A DNA stretch of 63,792 bases, the filler included, from Octopus bimaculoides (taxonomy: Eukaryota): assembly GCF_001194135.2 (NCBI RefSeq). It is 6 parts of 6 records of this genome, joined end to end, with 100 filler letters (N's around TTAATTAATTAA, not from the genome) between each part and the next. Parts side by side here need not be neighbours in the genome. Positions count along the whole stretch, not along the records: positions 61,906 to 63,792 come from NW_026359443.1; 5 more parts are not named here. The stretch is one strand, 5' to 3'. Below are positions 62,363-63,792 of the stretch, piece after piece; the stretch's first letter is position 1; each line of letters begins with the position of its first letter. Made by a program: the position numbers and the translations under genes. The notes under the pieces are model-generated. The model saw nothing but the letters and a program-made list of their open reading frames with translations. It was not told the origin of the DNA and searched no databases.

Positions 62363-62463
62363 NNNNNNNNNNNNNNNNNNNNNNNNNNNNNNNNNNNNNN
62401 NNNNNNNNNNNNNNNNNNNNNNNNNNNNNNNNNNNNNNNNNNNNNNNNNNNNNNNNNNNNNNN

Positions 62464-62513
<50 letters not shown>

Positions 62514-62628
62514 TGTGTGTGTGTGTGTATGTGTGTGTGTGTGTGAATAGGGGCAGGCGTGTTTGCGTGGTAACACGCTGTTTCCCGACCACATGGTTCC
62601 GGGTTCAATCCCACTGGAAGAAACCGGT

Positions 62629-62668
<40 letters not shown>

Positions 62669-62940
62669 TGTGGGAATAGGGGCAGACGTGTTTGCGTGGT
62701 AAGAAGCTTGCTTCCCAACCACATTGTTCCAGGTTCAGTCCCACTGTGTCGCACTTTGGCCAAGTGTCTTCTACTGTAACCTCAGGCCGACCAAAAGCCT
62801 TGTGAGTGGATTTGATAGACGGAAACTCGAAGAAGCCGGTCATGTGTGTGTGTGTGTGTGTGTGTATGTGTCCTAACACCGTTTGACAACCGGCGTTGGT
62901 TAGTTCACGTTCCTGTAAGTCAACGGTTCGGCAGATGGGA
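62150..62940 (+). mobile_element. Three tandem SINE family A heads separated by (TG)n
   Basis: Each unit starts GAATAGGGG(T/C)AG(G/A)CGTG and ends GAA(G/A)CCGGTCA followed by a microsatellite. Confidence 0.8.
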
Positions 62941-63319
62941 AATGATTAAAATACGTAAAAGACAGAATATCCGAATTACGCGTACAATATACCCGACGAG
63001 CTTTTCTAGGGTTTTGTTGTTGTTGTTGTTGTTGTTGTTGGTGTTGCTGTCGTTTTTCACTCAGGTTGAACTGAAGTCGTGAGCAAGAGATACTTGCACA
63101 AAGTGATTCACACAAGGATCGAACCCGTTGGCCCCCTCATTACAAAGACAACTCAGAAACATTCGCCTGTGCTTCACCTATAAAGAAACGACCACGCGAA
63201 CAATGATACGCAATTAAGAACGCCGTCGTCGTCGTGGACAACATCCAAATTATCATCACCAACGCCACCACCACCACCATAACTATCATCATCATCACCA
63301 TTATCATCATCATTATTAT

Positions 63320-63510
63320 GCGACGTGACATCAAAGGCCGTTTGGCATGCCGTCTTGCACCAGACGCAGCACGCCCAGGTAAGATGACTACGTCCAGGTA
63401 AAGTGAAATACTTTGCCCTACACCGACGAAACGCCAGATGACCCGGGTATCGAAACATTGATCTGACGATCGAGCGTCCAATGGATTTACCACTTGGCCA
63501 CGCGCCATCA
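63320..63510 (-). mobile_element. tRNA-derived SINE, degenerate
   Basis: The minus strand starts GGCGCGTGGCCAAGTGGTAAA (A-box-like) with a B-box-like GTTTCGATACCC. Confidence 0.55.
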
Positions 63511-63559
63511 TAGAAACAAACACTTAAACGGACCATCTCCCACTAAGAGACAGAGAGAC

Positions 63560-63616
63560 AGATAGATAGACGGATGGATAGATGGATGGATGGATAGATG
63601 GATGGATAGATAGATG

Positions 63617-63685
<69 letters not shown>

Positions 63686-63720
63686 GCAGGGAGGTAGGTA
63701 GGTATGTAGGTAGGTAGAAA
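63560..63720. repeat. (GATA)n/(GATG)n/(GGTA)n compound tetranucleotide repeat
   Basis: Seen directly. Confidence 0.95.
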
Positions 63721-63792
63721 AAGAGACAGACAGACAGAACATCAAAATGCAGGTGTTTACTCGTTCTGTTGGTATCAAGACAAATTAAAAGG

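Noticed and set aside
581-63778. The many [17 protein letters not shown]-rich ORFs in the supplied track
   Set aside because: They are translations of microsatellites and N gaps with no coding signal.

Overview
This is an AT-rich, repeat-dominated animal genomic window from a draft assembly. About a tenth is N, most gaps are flanked by microsatellites, and five gaps contain an artificial N44-TTAATTAATTAA-N44 linker. The dense (TA)n/(TG)n/(TACA)n/(TAGA)n tracts and the tRNA-derived SINE families point to an octopus-type cephalopod genome (inference from recalled repeat families). Almost all ORFs in the supplied track are microsatellite or N read-through artefacts. The only host gene I can support is a taxilin-family gene on the + strand (two short coding exons, 58747-58800 and 59764-59856). 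The rest is TE debris: at least four SINE-like families, three pieces of an R4/Dong-like LINE, an RTE fragment, a decayed Neptune-like Penelope element with a minimal hammerhead ribozyme at its 3' end, two fragments of a second Penelope-like lineage, a DD37D (maT) mariner relic, a Tigger/pogo relic, a Helitron, a MITE and a probable solo LTR. The best leads are: (1) an R4/Dong-like LINE that appears to target (CATA)n microsatellites; (2) two minimal hammerhead motifs; (3) a pre-miRNA-like hairpin at 18157-18230; (4) a CpG-decay footprint around the taxilin exons that starts at an assembly linker. No database searches were run, and family names come from recalled motifs.
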